A stretch of 64,000 nt of DNA from Schmidtea polychroa (lineage: Eukaryota). The notes beneath the pieces were generated by a model. It worked only from the letters and a program-made list of their open reading frames with translations. It made no database searches and was not told the origin of the DNA. The stretch covers positions 3,474,001 through 3,538,000 of the forward strand of contig CM097885.1 in the NCBI GenBank assembly GCA_044892525.1, in the 5' to 3' direction. The position numbers and the translations under genes are program-made. Below are positions 1 to 14,600 of this stretch, one piece after another. Each line of letters begins with the position of its first letter. Within the stretch, counting starts at the first letter, position 1.

Positions 1-773
1 TTCCAAACTTTGATTTTTATCCACCCAATTTTGCTTACATGTCAAGGCTCTTTTATTATTTTTAATACTAAAAGTTGGTGATTTTTTGACGTTATTCTAA
101 ACTGAGGGACTGTGTATATTTTATCGTTTAAATAACAATCTAGATACGACTGATGTGTTAGTCCAGTATCTTACATACTAATCCCCTTAGCCTTCATACT
201 TTCCTCATCACCCATCAAACTGTAACATTTAGGTCTCAAGAACACCCAATCTTTATATAATCACCCTTTATTATCGTCTTTGAATTTACCAATGACAAAA
301 TCAAGGTTCGTACTATATAAAGGATGATTTGGATCATAATTCGAAGTATCTAATAATTGATCTCTAATCATCGCAGGTAAAAGAATGTCAAGACTACAAT
401 GTTTAATTTCCAAGAAGAAGGAATCTGTGTCCCCAGCAACGATATTAATTTCGCAGTTGAATTCGTCGCGATATTTTTGCAACTCTTCATACTGCAGCTG
501 GTTCATCCTGAGATTGGATAAATCTAGTACAGTTTGACCAATGTAACTAGGTCTATTCAAACACACTATGTCCTTCCTCAATAAAACCGAAATCAAGTCA
601 TCATCGATTTTCGTGGATTTACGAAAAGTTGGTTTCGAACAGTATGTTAATAATCTCTGTGAAGAATTACACAGACGTAAATTAATACGTTTTTTAAGAT
701 TTTCAACAGTCTTGCCGTAAAGACTGTTGTTTAATAATTTATAAAAATTTTTATCTAGTTTATTTGTCGACAT
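1..773 (-). pseudogene. Polinton protein-primed DNA polymerase B, C-terminal fragment
   Basis: Motif B KLLNNSLYGK and motif C GDTDS in ORF 261..773. After a frameshift it continues as FLRPKCYS...KAKGI towards position 1. Inverted relative to the adjacent capsid module. Confidence 0.9.
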
Positions 774-778
774 AAATC

Positions 779-1273
779 ATGTTTTCAAAAACAAGGATAT
801 CGAGTAAAAAACAACCAAAAGTTCCACCAACAACTAATTATACTCCATCTAAAGAACTTATTACAGAAAACTTTCCTGCAATGAATCTTATTTCGAAAAA
901 TCCTAAACCTAAACCTAAAAGTAAAACCACTAAGAAAGTAAAACTTGTTAAAAATCATCGGAGTTTCCCGTTTTTCAATACATTGTTAAAGGCACCCAGT
1001 ATGAAAAGAAACAGTATTTTGCAATCATTTCCAAATTATGTTGTCGATGATTTACTCGATATTATACTTAAAGTAGTCAAAGGCAAGATTAAAATCAGTA
1101 AATCTAAAAAGCAATTATTGAGTAAACATAGGAAACCTTTGCTATCATTAGTAAATAATAAAAATCGTCAACAAATGAGAAAAATTATATATAAACAACA
1201 AGGGGGATTTATCGGTGCATTGATACATTTAGCAATATCATTATTAGGTGGAATAATAGGAAGTCGATCATAA
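779..1273 (+). CDS. Basic Polinton virion core-like protein with C-terminal amphipathic peptide
   Basis: Lys-rich. Ends QQGG-FIGALIHLAISLLGGII, an adenain-type xxGG site followed by a hydrophobic helix. Confidence 0.7.
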   Translation: MFSKTRISSKKQPKVPPTTNYTPSKELITENFPAMNLISKNPKPKPKSKTTKKVKLVKNHRSFPFFNTLLKAPSMKRNSILQSFPNYVVDDLLDIILKVVKGKIKISKSKKQLLSKHRKPLLSLVNNKNRQQMRKIIYKQQGGFIGALIHLAISLLGGIIGSRS

Positions 1274-1335
1274 ACAATGGGTGCTAATCCTTCATTACCA
1301 GACATTAAATTTAATATTAAATCTTCTTGTTGTAA

Positions 1336-2438
<1,103 letters not shown>

Positions 2439-2536
2439 ATCCGCTTGACTCTATGTTTTACAAGGATGGATAAAATATCAGTTGTGATTTTAAACCATTT
2501 ACAATAACATTCGAATATATTGAAGATGCTAAACGA

Positions 2537-3184
2537 TTGGGTTGCAATAAGTTGAAAAATGAAGTTATGGAAACAGAATATTTATTACGCTTTAATCTAT
2601 TTGAAGCAAACAGTGTAATGAGAGAAGAAATCAAAATATCAGTGTCGTGTAATAATGAAGTTGAAGAATCATTCACCTTTGCTGACGAATTATATATTGA
2701 TAAACTTGATGTGTTACTTAAATATTTAAAATACAATTGTTCACACATATTTAAAAGTTTGGACATTGTGAAAGATTTGTTATTTACATTCAGTTTGAAT
2801 GATGATATATGCGAAGTTACATTTGATAAAAATTTGACAAATACACTTGGATTAGAGAAGCAGCAATATCGAGAAAAATCGGCTGGTATACGTAAACCAA
2901 GAATACTTGAACATCATCAACAAATGTTCATATATACTAATATTATTGAGCCTATAATTGTTGGTGATTCCAGTGTTCCTCTATTGAAATCGGTGTGGAT
3001 TGGAAAATATGAACATGATGAAGTTGTCAATATAAATATAGATAATCCCATGTATTTACCAATTTCAAGCTCATGTATAAACAATATAGAAATAAATATT
3101 CGTGACGATAGTGGAAAACTTATAAACTTCCCAAAAGACTCAAAAACTCATTTGACACTACATTTTCGTAAAGTAGATGGCTAA
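2537..3184 (+). CDS. Polinton minor capsid (penton-like) protein, 5'-incomplete
   Basis: C-terminal MFIYTNIIEPIIVGDSSVPLL...PMYLPI...IEINIRDDSG..INF...LTLHFRK, typical of Polinton minor capsid. Confidence 0.85.
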   Translation: MGCNKLKNEVMETEYLLRFNLFEANSVMREEIKISVSCNNEVEESFTFADELYIDKLDVLLKYLKYNCSHIFKSLDIVKDLLFTFSLNDDICEVTFDKNLTNTLGLEKQQYREKSAGIRKPRILEHHQQMFIYTNIIEPIIVGDSSVPLLKSVWIGKYEHDEVVNINIDNPMYLPISSSCINNIEINIRDDSGKLINFPKDSKTHLTLHFRKVDG

Positions 3185-3539
3185 CTCCGATATTATTAGT
3201 ATATATAGTGATAGCCAATCTGGCGGTGAATTACCATATTTTATTGGTAAACAGTACGGATCAGGTTGGTTAAAAACAATAGGGAGATTTGCACTTCCTA
3301 TTTTTAAACGTATTGGTAGTTTTGGTATGAAAACTGAAAAAGATTTTATTATGAATGAACAGAAAATATTACCATCCCTAAAAACAAATGCTTTAGCTGA
3401 GTTAGGGAAGGTTCTACCTGGAGTTGCTGGTATGTTTCAAAAAGATACGCCTTCAGCCCCAGCTCCAAAACGTAAAGGACATGGAATATCGCGTATAAAC
3501 AAACGAATGAAAGGACATGGAACTATATTTGTAAAATAA
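3177..3539 (+). CDS. Polinton core protein (pVII-like)
   Basis: QSGG and QYGSG protease-site motifs followed by WLKTIGRFALPIFK; basic tail; lies between minor and major capsid. Confidence 0.75.
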   Translation: MANSDIISIYSDSQSGGELPYFIGKQYGSGWLKTIGRFALPIFKRIGSFGMKTEKDFIMNEQKILPSLKTNALAELGKVLPGVAGMFQKDTPSAPAPKRKGHGISRINKRMKGHGTIFVK

Positions 3540-4758
3540 TTTGTGGTAAATCCGAATTATGTATATTTGATAGACCATCGCCTCAAGCTGTAATAGAATT
3601 TGGGGCATTTGAGGAAGTTTTTCCTATGAATTCAATTACCGATAGTAGAAATGATATCGAGTTTTATATTAATGGGTCGCAAATTGAATATTTAGATTTG
3701 AACGATACTTTATTGACTGTTTAGATCAAGGTTGTAGATAAAGATAGAAAAGTTTTGGATGCCAATGCAGATGTAATACCAAACAATTTCATGTTTCATA
3801 CTCTTTTTAAAGATTCAGTGTTGGGATTTAATAATATTAAGATTGAGGGCGGAAATAATACATTCATTCACAAGGCTTTGATAGAAACTATTTTAAATTA
3901 CAATTCCGATACTAAAAATACCTGTCTTACACCTATGGGTTATGCAGCAACAGATGATGAAAGAAAAAAGTGGGTTAAAGGCTCAAAATCATTCACTTTG
4001 TGCTTAGCATTACAACCCGATTTTATGGATCAACCGAAATATTTGCTACCAGGAGTTAATGTACACATTAGATTGAAAAGGTCCGATTCTGCATTATCTC
4101 TTACTAGTGCAACTGGTGCACCAATATGCCAATTAGTTGATGCAAAATTATTGGTGAGAAGAGTTCGAGTAGACCCGTCAGTATTAGCTGGTCATCAATT
4201 GGGTCTTAATTCAAAACATGCAATTTATCCTTTAAAAACAAAGGAAATTGTACAATTTGCTATTGCTAAAGGTGCTTCATCATTCTATAAAGAACAAATA
4301 TTTGGTGACAGAAGAATTCCTAATTTTATTTTGGTAACATTTCAAAGTGAAACGCAATATAATGGATCTTATACTGCGTCCAGCTCAATTTTCAAACATT
4401 TTGGTGTTACTTCATTGACTTTGTCGAAAAATACTGATTATAGAGAAACATATACTCAAGATTTCGAAAGCGATAATTACTGTGCGACATATATGCAGAG
4501 TATTGTTAGAAATCTGGGTTACTTAGATAAAAACTTGAATTGTGGAATTACTCTAGAAGAATTTAAAAGCAAATATCCATTTTTCACATTTATTTTAGCT
4601 CCGATTTTGATTTAAATCAGAGTCAACTACCACAAAACGGGAATTTACGACTGGATATTAAGTTTGCAAAGGCCATTACAGAACCGGTGCATGTTATAAT
4701 ATATGGAGTATTTGTAAATGAAGTTCAAATTACTGCAAATAGAACGGTGCTAGTATAA
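3539..4758 (+). pseudogene. Polinton major capsid protein (double jelly roll), disrupted
   Basis: CGKSELCIFD...IEFYING..EYLDLNDT upstream of the track ORF, in-frame TAG at ~3722, frameshift at ~4605, then GNLRLDIKFA...VIIYG...EVQITANRTVLV*. Confidence 0.88.
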
Positions 4759-4835
4759 ATGTATACAGAAACACAAAAAGTTGTCATGGAGTAAGTTTTT
4801 TGATACTGTTTAATTTTATTAAAGTAGTTCTGTTC

Positions 4836-5170
4836 AGGTTAATCGAATTGGCAAACAAATATTAGGAAATGAATTTGTAGGTGTTTTTCCTCTCGATAAA
4901 ATTCCTTATTTGAGCAATAATCAAGCCATAATTGTCAATACTCATTCGTCTCATCTTGGTGGAGAACATTGGATAGCTATATATGTGAAACCTAGTAATA
5001 TATTCGTATTCGATCCTATGGGTTTCTATTATCCTGCTTTGTTGATATCAAAACTTCAAACAATTGGGAAACCTATTGTATATAATAAAACTATGTTTCA
5101 AAATCCATTGACTCAAACATGTAGTCAACACTGTTTGGCATGGTTGTTGTATAAAAAATTTGATGGTTAA
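4836..5170 (+). pseudogene. Adenain-like cysteine maturation protease
   Basis: FVGVFPLD..IVNTH..GEHWIA..FDPMG..FQ..TCSQHC (His-Asp-Gln-Cys arrangement); 5' end disrupted. Confidence 0.85.
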
Positions 5171-5561
5171 TAAATGTATACTGTATGATTTTTATTTGTT
5201 GAATATTTTAATTATTTGTTAAATATTATTATTTTATGTTTAAATTATTATTTGTTAAATATTATTATTATATGTTAAATATTATTATTTTATGTTTAAA
5301 TATATTATTGGTTAAATTTTATGTTTAAAATTATTATGTAATACTATTACATGTTCAGTGCAAAGTAACAAAGCACTGAGTAATAAAGACATGTAAAGGT
5401 CATTATTCCGTCATGGTTTGTATAAACAAACATGTAGTGTCTTTTCCTATCCTATCTCTATTTTCATTGGTCGGTTAATAAAACCTGTAATATCTCTCTT
5501 ATATAGTCTACACTTTCATTTTTTCATCACTTTTAAAAATCTATTAACAATATTTAACAAC

Positions 5562-5908
5562 ATGAACAACAACAACAACATTCAAAGAGTTTACGGAAAG
5601 ATCGTTGGAGGAATTAATGGTAAATTTATTATTTTATTATTTTATTATTTTTAATATGATTATTAGGTACTAATCAACAAATTAAAATGAATATCGACGG
5701 ACAAGCTGTAGACATGAATAGAATAAATGGTAATAGTTTACTCTTATTATCATTATTTTTATTATGCTTTTAGATGGAAATGTAATAAATACTTCTGCTG
5801 GTTCTGATGCTGGAAAATTTCTTTCGAAAGGACGAAAATGTAAGTATTTATTTATTGTTATACGTTTTTGAGGTTTTTAATTTTTTTAAACAATATTAAT
5901 ACTAATAC

Positions 5909-5964
<56 letters not shown>

Positions 5965-5966
5965 GA

Positions 5967-6029
<63 letters not shown>

Positions 6030-7037
6030 TAAAAGAAGATTATAAAGAAACTTATGAAAAGAAGATTTATTCATAAAAAGAAGATATTTTAAAAGAAGAT
6101 TTATTTATTTATGATGATTTTGAAAGAAAGATTCATGAAAAGAAGATTTATTTATTTATGATAATTTTGAAAGGAAGATTTATGGAAAGAAGATTTATTA
6201 AATATGATGATTTTGAACATTATAATTAATAACTTTTGTATATTATTTGGAATCATAATTTATTTTAATTATTTATGAAAATAAAATCTATTTTAGAAAA
6301 TGAATTATTTGTTTATGAAAATGAATTAAATTATATATTTTATAATATTTTTTATAATATTTTTTATAAGATACTATTTAAAAGACAATTTTGAATAATA
6401 TCTAAAGAAAAATATCTTAAACTTTGAAAATGATTATTAAAATTATCTTAACATTTTTTAAACATTTTATGATAAAAATATTTTCATAGGTTTGAAATAC
6501 CAAAACTTTTGTAATAGTCAATATCATAATGACTGCGGTGATATAATGGAAAGATATTATAGTAATAAATATAACGGTGTCACCTACATCCTATGCCCTA
6601 AATGTGAGGTTATTGAAGTTATAACGTATAAGGAATTTTATAATAAGCATAGACTCCATCTCCAACAATTTAAACATTCTAAGAAATCTCTTTTCTATAG
6701 CTTATATGAATCGTTTGTTAACAATAATAATATCAACAACAATAATAATAATATCAATAATTATAATAATAATATCAACAACAATAATAATAATAATAAT
6801 ATCAACAACAATAATAATAATAATATCAACAACAATAATAATAATATCAGCAACAATAATAATAATATCAACAATAATAATAATAATATCACCAACAATA
6901 ATACTAACAACACCAATAATAATAATAATGATATAAACGAAATCAATAATCTAAAAGATCAAGTAAATAAATTAAATGATCAAATAAATAATCTAATTAA
7001 TATGAATAAAAGAAAAAATAAATTTAATACCAAGTAA
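5562..7037 (+). CDS. Predicted spliced ORF (exons 5562-5619, 5667-5729, 5774-5839, 6490 onward), probable N-terminal leader of pPolB
   Basis: GT..AG introns of 47, 44 and 650 nt, all phase 1, frame stays open. Last exon has CPKC..H..H and an Asn-rich tract. Confidence 0.65.
5900..6028. repeat. (AAT)n microsatellite inside predicted intron 3
   Basis: Read directly. Confidence 0.95.
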
Positions 7038-7200
7038 AAAATCTAAAGTTATTGATGTAATCACAATAAGTGATGATGATGAAATAATCAACATAAGTGA
7101 TGATGAAATTGATAATAATAGTAGTAGTAGTAATATTTATTATAATAATGGTAATAATAATAATAATGGTAATAATAATAATAATTATAATTATAATAAT

Positions 7201-8661
7201 ATTAATCAAATAGGTTATGGTGTCGTAGATGTCACCAGTGATTTAAATAATAATCCTATTATATTAAAAATGGACGTTTCGTCTTTAGATTTAAAAACGG
7301 TCTCTGTACCAGACATTTTAATAAATAAATTAAATTTATATGTAAATAAATTAAAATCATGTAAAATTCAATTTTGTCTAAAGGTGGAATTTATAAAAGA
7401 TGATGAGTTACAATCTTTTGTAATCTCGAATCCCGCCCGAGTTTGGAGCGATACATTCATTGACGAAGGTATTGCTCGTTTAAATGAAAAAATAATTAAA
7501 ATTAATGAGAAAGGTAGTAATTGGACTATCAATAAAATAGAATACATAAGCTTTGTTCTGACTAAATTTGCTGAAAGTTTTATTGAAACCCCAAAATCTT
7601 TAAGAAACTTAAGCTGTCTCGTTAATGTAGTTAATAATGACCACTTCTGTTTTTTGTATAGTTTCTTGTCAATTATTAAATATGACAGTATAAATAGGCA
7701 ATATAGAAATCGCCCTAATTCCTACAATCTTTCTGAAATTAAATTTGATCCTAATGATATGCCGATGAAACTATCAAATATAAGTAAATTTGAACAACAA
7801 AATCCAGGTTATAGTATTAATGTTCTTACTTATAACGAAAAGGCTTTGATTGACATTTCCGATGAAGATGCAGTTATGAAACATCCCTTTATTGATATAA
7901 TATACAGGAGTAAGATAGTAGGAGCCATACCTATCAATTTATTATTAATTGAAAAGAATGATAATTATCATTATCTTGGAATCACAGACCTAAATAGATT
8001 CCTTAATTGTAGGAATAGTTCAATCACTCCTGTTAGGATTTGTAGTCAGTGGTGCCCTAGATGTTTAAACGGTTTTAGGAATGATGACGCTTTTAATAGA
8101 CATAAGGGTCTTTGCGATAAAAATCAGCTTGGTACTACCTTGTACACATTGCCTAAAAATAAATATTTAGAATTTACTGATTGGAGTAAAACAGTCACTC
8201 CTCCCTTTGTTATTTACGCTGACTTTGAGGCTATCTTACCTAAAGACACTCGCTACTTTCAACGTCATCTGCCTATTTCTGCCGGTATGCTTTTTATTAA
8301 TAATTTCACGGGCGTAAAAATTTATAAGTCGTTCACCGGTTTAGATTGTGTCGATCAATTTCTTACTGAAATTGAAATGATAGGGAAATATATTGTAACT
8401 CCTTATTATTATAAAAATTATCAAAAGAAAATGATAATTACAGATGAGCAACAATTAATGTTTGAAAACAGCACATCATGCTATTTGTGCAATAAACCTT
8501 TAGTTAGTCCAGTTAGGGCCCATGATCATTTTACCGGTCTATATCTTGGTGCCGCTTGTACAACTTGTAATCTGTCGAGGCAAATTAGACATATCCTTCC
8601 TGTAGTATTTCATAATTTAAAGGGTTATGATCTGCATCATATCTTTCGCCTCAGTCCATAA
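7201..8661 (+). pseudogene. Polinton pPolB N-terminal half (OTU-like region, Exo I, endonuclease VII-like insert, Exo II), truncated
   Basis: NDHFCFLYS..HY, YADFEA, CYLC..RAHDHFTG.YLGAAC..CNL, FHNLKGYD. Cut at ~8645 by a retrotransposon. Confidence 0.92.
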
Positions 8662-11600
8662 AGATTCGTCAGACACTATGGATACTCTTTCTTACTTAAA
8701 CCCCCCTTCCAATAAAACTAACACTTGTGATCTTGACGAAGACTGCGATGATGTCCAACTATCCAGCAGTGACTCATCCAATACTAATCCCGCTAATCTC
8801 TATATCCCAAATATTACATCAACTCCCATAAAAGATGAATCCAACATCTCAAAAAAATACTCTTACTTTGATAATGACTCTATGATAATTCCCATATCCT
8901 TCAAACCTTCTCCGTTAAACGACACTTCTATCATCCAAACAACTAGCTCCCACATCTCCATAGACTTAGTAAACCTAAACGACTCTCAAGATATCATAGA
9001 GGGTTCAGTACAGAGACACTCTGTAACTGATGACGCTGAGGATCTCTTCATAAACCCTATTTCTCTTAAACTTTCCCCTTTAAACGAAACATCACTCCTT
9101 AACGAAAATCTTCAACCCAACTCCTCCTTACTCTCCAATGATCCCAATAACACCATCGCTCTGATCGACCACTTACCCATAACTAATGAAAATGATAATA
9201 GAGCAGATGACACTGATAATATTAATAATAATAATGCTAACAACTCTAAATGTTGTAACTGCAATAAACCCAAATCCCTTGTTGGAATAAAAATATCCAT
9301 GGACACAGGCGAAATCCCAAAACCAACCCAAACCTTAATACCACCTAGCCTGAAATCACTTTATATGCAAGACCCTAATCTCTACTATTTCAACTCCAGA
9401 GGGAAATGTAGATGCAAACACCACTTACGCACACCTTTTTGTGGAGCGATATCCATTTACAATAGGGAAAAATTGGCCCAGCACGCACTCGAAAGACACA
9501 ACATCACTATCACTGAAAACTCCATCATAGACTGCGGCCAATGCAAAGGTGATGACGAACGCTACGTTATATATCCGGTTACACACAGGGACATATATAG
9601 ACATGTCGAGCAGTATGTGCACGAGCTGCAAAACGACAAAGATACCCTTAAAATGATATATATTAAAATTGATAAAAATAATCGCCTAACGTGTAACAGT
9701 CACAATAAAAATTACAAAAAATGCTTTACGACGTGGAATTGGGACACTCCATTGGCATGTGTTTGGGAGCACATGTCTAAAAAGCATAGGAATAGAATCT
9801 TTGATAAAAATGCAGATATATACTGCGCATGTAAGAGCTGGGTCCCAATAGATGACATTATAAATCATATAGCCCAAAGACACCCAATACCACCTAACAC
9901 TAATAATATCCCACTAACATCACAAAATCATACCGCCGAAATGCCTGTATCCATGGATATTAATGATAATATCTTAAACAATATTCTAAACACCCAGGAG
10001 GTGATTGCAGTTAACCTCGAGATACCTGTAAACACCCCGGAGGTGCCTGTAAACACCCAGGAAGCAAAACTAACTTCTTCAGATGAAGATATGATTAATA
10101 TTGAATTTAGTAGGGATATACCAGATGATTGCTTATTCACTAATAATGTTGATAAGGAGTCAGCCTGATGGTCCCAGCACACAATAAAGGCATTCGTTTA
10201 CTCCTTCGCCATCAAAAAATCCACCATCTTCGTTGACCCCTTTGTTGGTAACGCTCTAATCCAACACAATTACATAACTTTCTTTTCTTCCTTCCCTTTC
10301 AAAGATTTCGCTGAGTGGAACGAAATCATTATGCCAATGTCAAACGGCAAAGACAACTGGTTTTTCTTCTATCTTGATAAGCGGAGACATCTTGCTGTTA
10401 TAATAGATCCTTTACTTGATGATAGCCACTCCATACACTTATCTCTAGCAAATAGCATACTTAATACCATTCTTGATCTTCAAAAAATCGTCTCACCAAT
10501 CACAATTAGACTCACTAAATATGAGTACCCCCGTTGCTCTTCCTCAAACGAATCTGCCTTTTTTGTGTGCCACTTCATCAAATGCCTAATAAGAAATACA
10601 AAATTAACTACTCCTAAAATTGATATCATGCAAAAATATATCAGAACTGTTATCAAATACTATATTTCACGTAATATACCTAAAGATAATATTAAAAAAT
10701 ATTCCCCACTTATTAAAAGCATAATAATTAATTTAAATAATAATAATATGGACTGTGAAACAGCCCTTAATGAAATGCAAAAAATAAATTCATTTATTTC
10801 TCCTGATAAATATAAAATTAAAAAACCTGCAGACATTGTCCATAAGAAAACTAGGACAAAAAACGAACTGCTCTGCATTAAACGTTTTAAATATAAAACT
10901 AAACCTAAAGAGGAGATAACAAAGATCTTAAATAATAAAGTTGAGTGTAGCAAACCAACTATGTCTAATATTGTGAGACTTTTCGCAGGTACTTCCGCAC
11001 ACTGCAATACGGATCTTATTAAAAACCTTCCATCTTTACCGGAAAAACTCTCATCCACTCCTTTTGCCTTGAATGATATCAAATTCATTTTCTCACAACT
11101 TCAAAACACTGCTCCAGGACTCGATGGAATCACTTTGGCTGATAGGGTGTAAAACAGGGCTGTCCCCTGTCTATGACCCTCTTCTGTTTATCTATAGACT
11201 TCATACTACGTAATATCTTGCAAAATCATCCATTTCTTTTCCATGGTCATAATGTCGGCATACTTGCTTATGCGGATGACATTGTCCTTGTTGCTAATTC
11301 ATATACCTTGGAGTTGATTTTTCTTTATAATAGGTATGATTAATGAATGTTATAAGATGTTGAAATATTTTGATAATTTTGTCAATTTTAGATAAAACTT
11401 TTGCAAGCGTATGGGAAATCATGAAAAGAAATTAATTTGAATAGTGAGAGAGATTCTCTTCTAACTCCTCAATCATTATTAAATAAACATTGCTTATTTA
11501 ATATCAACAATAAGGTTTATTTGATCTATAGCATTTTAGCTAATTTGAATATAATGACGTTGATTGTAATAATAGAAATCGAATTAGTAATAATAAGGTT

Positions 11601-11890
11601 TCTGATCAGATGAAACAATAATTATAATAAGTATGATTTACCTGTTAGAACTGAACTTTTCACCCCATAGACCTAAAACAAAAATATCTTTACAATTTAG
11701 GATATGTAATTCACAACATGAAGCTCAAGCGCATGTCTTTAACCACTGTCCAGCAAAGATAAATGAGCGTAGAAACAAACACTCTCGTGTACTTGATGCC
11801 GTTTGTGAGTTTCTTTTTAACCTTTACTTTTATTTAGATGTTGAAAAGAAAAGAGAACTCTTTCCAAAACAACTGATAACGTCTCTGAGA
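8645..11890 (+). mobile_element. NeSL/R2-superfamily (restriction-like endonuclease) non-LTR retrotransposon relic with large internal deletions
   Basis: Cys/His-rich N-terminal region (ORF 8627..10168), Ulp1-like segment (10170-10600), RT remnants APGLDGI and QGCPLS...AYADDIVL (11110-11300), zinc-knuckle remnant RICNSQHEAQAHVFNHC...RRNKHSRV (11690-11790). Confidence 0.8.
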
Positions 11891-13619
11891 TGGCTTGTGT
11901 TGCCACCATGTATTGCCGAAACAAGCACATCAATAAAAAAGAACAGGAAAGATTGACTGCATGCATGATCAACGAGGATCTATTGGAGAAATATGCGAAG
12001 ACAGTTAAAAAAGCAGAAGTAAAGCTGAACTCTTTTTATAAATTTTTTGATGCTTTTATAATTTTTATAATAATTTTTTTATGATATTTATAAAATATTT
12101 TAATTATATATCAAGATTTTAATCAAGATGGAAGAAATGTTCCAAAAATAAAGAATAGACCTTCATATTGTGCTCCTGAATTATTAGCTTATAGAATCAA
12201 GAAATTAACAGGAATCAATATAGAGGAAATTATACGAATGCATTACGAATCTATGCTGGAATCAAGATAGAAGAAATGTTCCCAATTATAAAGAATCGAC
12301 TTTCATTATATTTGGAATAACGATCGAATTTGAAAAAAAGTGGAAAAATAAAAAGTAATTATATATCTTATAATGGAAAACCCTTAATTGAAACATTTTT
12401 CGATGAGAGGATTAGAGTATTATGAAGTAGTTTAAGCTGATCTAAAATTATAGAGGATATGTTCCTGAAAAGAGAACACAGAAAACGTCCTGAAGTAGTC
12501 AAAAAAGCGGTGAAAAAAGCATTAAGAAAAGAGCATTATGGTGTACTTCAGAGTCTCTATAAAACTGATCGAAAAGAACGATTATCAGGAAGCCAAATAA
12601 GAACCTTAGGCATATAATGAATTGTTGCATGCGATAGTTTGATGACGAGTCGCATCTCCAACAATGCAGTCAAGATAAAAGGTAATTTGTATTATCCCTG
12701 CGAAGAAACCTACCGTAAACCGAATCTAACTGCATAAATAACTCGAAATCATCAGCAACTACAAAAACCTATTTAAATAAAATTTTAAAAAATAAGTTAA
12801 AAATTAAATATTACTTAAAATGCTTCATTAAGATTATTTTGTAATTAATTGATTAATAAAACAAATTAAAAATAAAATTTATAAATAAAATTTGAAATTT
12901 GGAAATGTTTAGTTTTATTAATAAATTTTTTAGAGTTTTAAATTTTAATATAAATTTTAATATTTATTTCACATTCAGAATTTTACCAAGGGAAATATTT
13001 ACTATTCGAAATATTTTATTAAAACTTTAACAATTTATTAACAATTTTTATGTAATTTTATATATAAATTTGCGGATTTTTTATATGTTTTTCTGATATT
13101 TAATTATAATTTTCTTTTGTAAAATAAATGATTTGTGAATAAGATAAACTTTGTCAATTGTTGCTTCTGATTGATGATAAATTGAGAATAGAGAACTGGA
13201 ACCTTGGCTATACCCTTCTGTAATTCATTAGGAAATTCACTCACTACCTTTCTGTTTGTCCTAGTGCTTTTAGGGGTTTTGAAAAATAATTTTTTCTATA
13301 GAATTAAAATTTAAAGTTTTGCATTTAAACAAATCTGAATTTTCTCATGGGCAAATCTTATTAAGAATAAAAAATATCAAATGCAAAATTTATAAAAATA
13401 TTTAATATTCAATTTGAAAATTGTGTAAAATTTTTGTATTTTTAAAATTAATTGCAAAAATGTTAATCGAGATATTTAGAATTTCAAATATTATAATTTT
13501 ATGTTTGTAAAATATTTATTGAAAATGATAATTTAACTTTTAATATTTTCACGCTTCTCTATTTCTCTATAGTTGACCTTGGTTCATCAAGTTTTCGATA
13601 ATTCTTTACTTTATTTAAT

Positions 13620-14273
13620 TATTCTGTCCCCCTATGGGTAATGGTCACAAAAGTAAAGGTCACAAAGGTAAAGGTCACAAATGTACTGCTAAAAATATTC
13701 AAGACAAAACTTTAACAAAGAAATTCTAAATATTATACTTTAAATATACACTCAAATTTATAAACACATTGGGTAATGGTCACAAAGGTAAAGGTTACTA
13801 ATGTACTGCTTGCAAAGGTACTACTCACATTCAACATGTCGTAAATTATTTTCAAATAAAATTTCAAAGTATTATTATTATTTATTATTAAAATTAAAAT
13901 TATTATTAAATTCCGACCAACTTTAATCAATGAAGGGGTAGGACAAAATATATTACGTTGCGGTATTTTAAAATTTAAATATATTTTAAAAACGTATTTT
14001 GACACTAAAGTTTACTTATTTAACAAAGACATAATTATTGCACATGCTTTGCATAAATATTATTATTATTTTTTGCATTTTCAATATTTTCTTTCAAAGT
14101 AACACGCGCGGGTGTTATTATTATTATTATTAATATTATTGAAAAACCTAAAATATTTTTTACACACACAACCCATTAAACGTTATTATTATTATTATTA
14201 TTATTGCAAATATTAGTGAAAAAACTAACCTATTATTTACACACATATACAACTCATTAAACTTTATTATTAC

Positions 14274-14349
<76 letters not shown>

Positions 14350-14600
14350 GCAAGTGTTAGTCAAAAATCTAAAATAATTTTTACACACTAGGTTATTGGG
14401 TAGAGAATTATTATATGTTTGCAGTATTCTGTGTTTGCATTTACATGAAATTTTCAATAAGGAGCGATAATTTTACACATACATTCTATATACACATACC
14501 TTGTTTAACATTGGTGTATATACTCCTAGTCTATCCGAAAAGATATTCTGTCCCCCTATGGGTATTGCTAGCAAGGGTACTACTCACATTCAACATGTCG
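13620..14600. repeat. Non-coding dispersed repeat with (ATT)n tracts; inverted copy at 37262-38650
   Basis: Long reverse-complement matches, e.g. 14470-14520 vs 37265-37320 and 13730-14030 vs 37900-38230. Confidence 0.8.
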
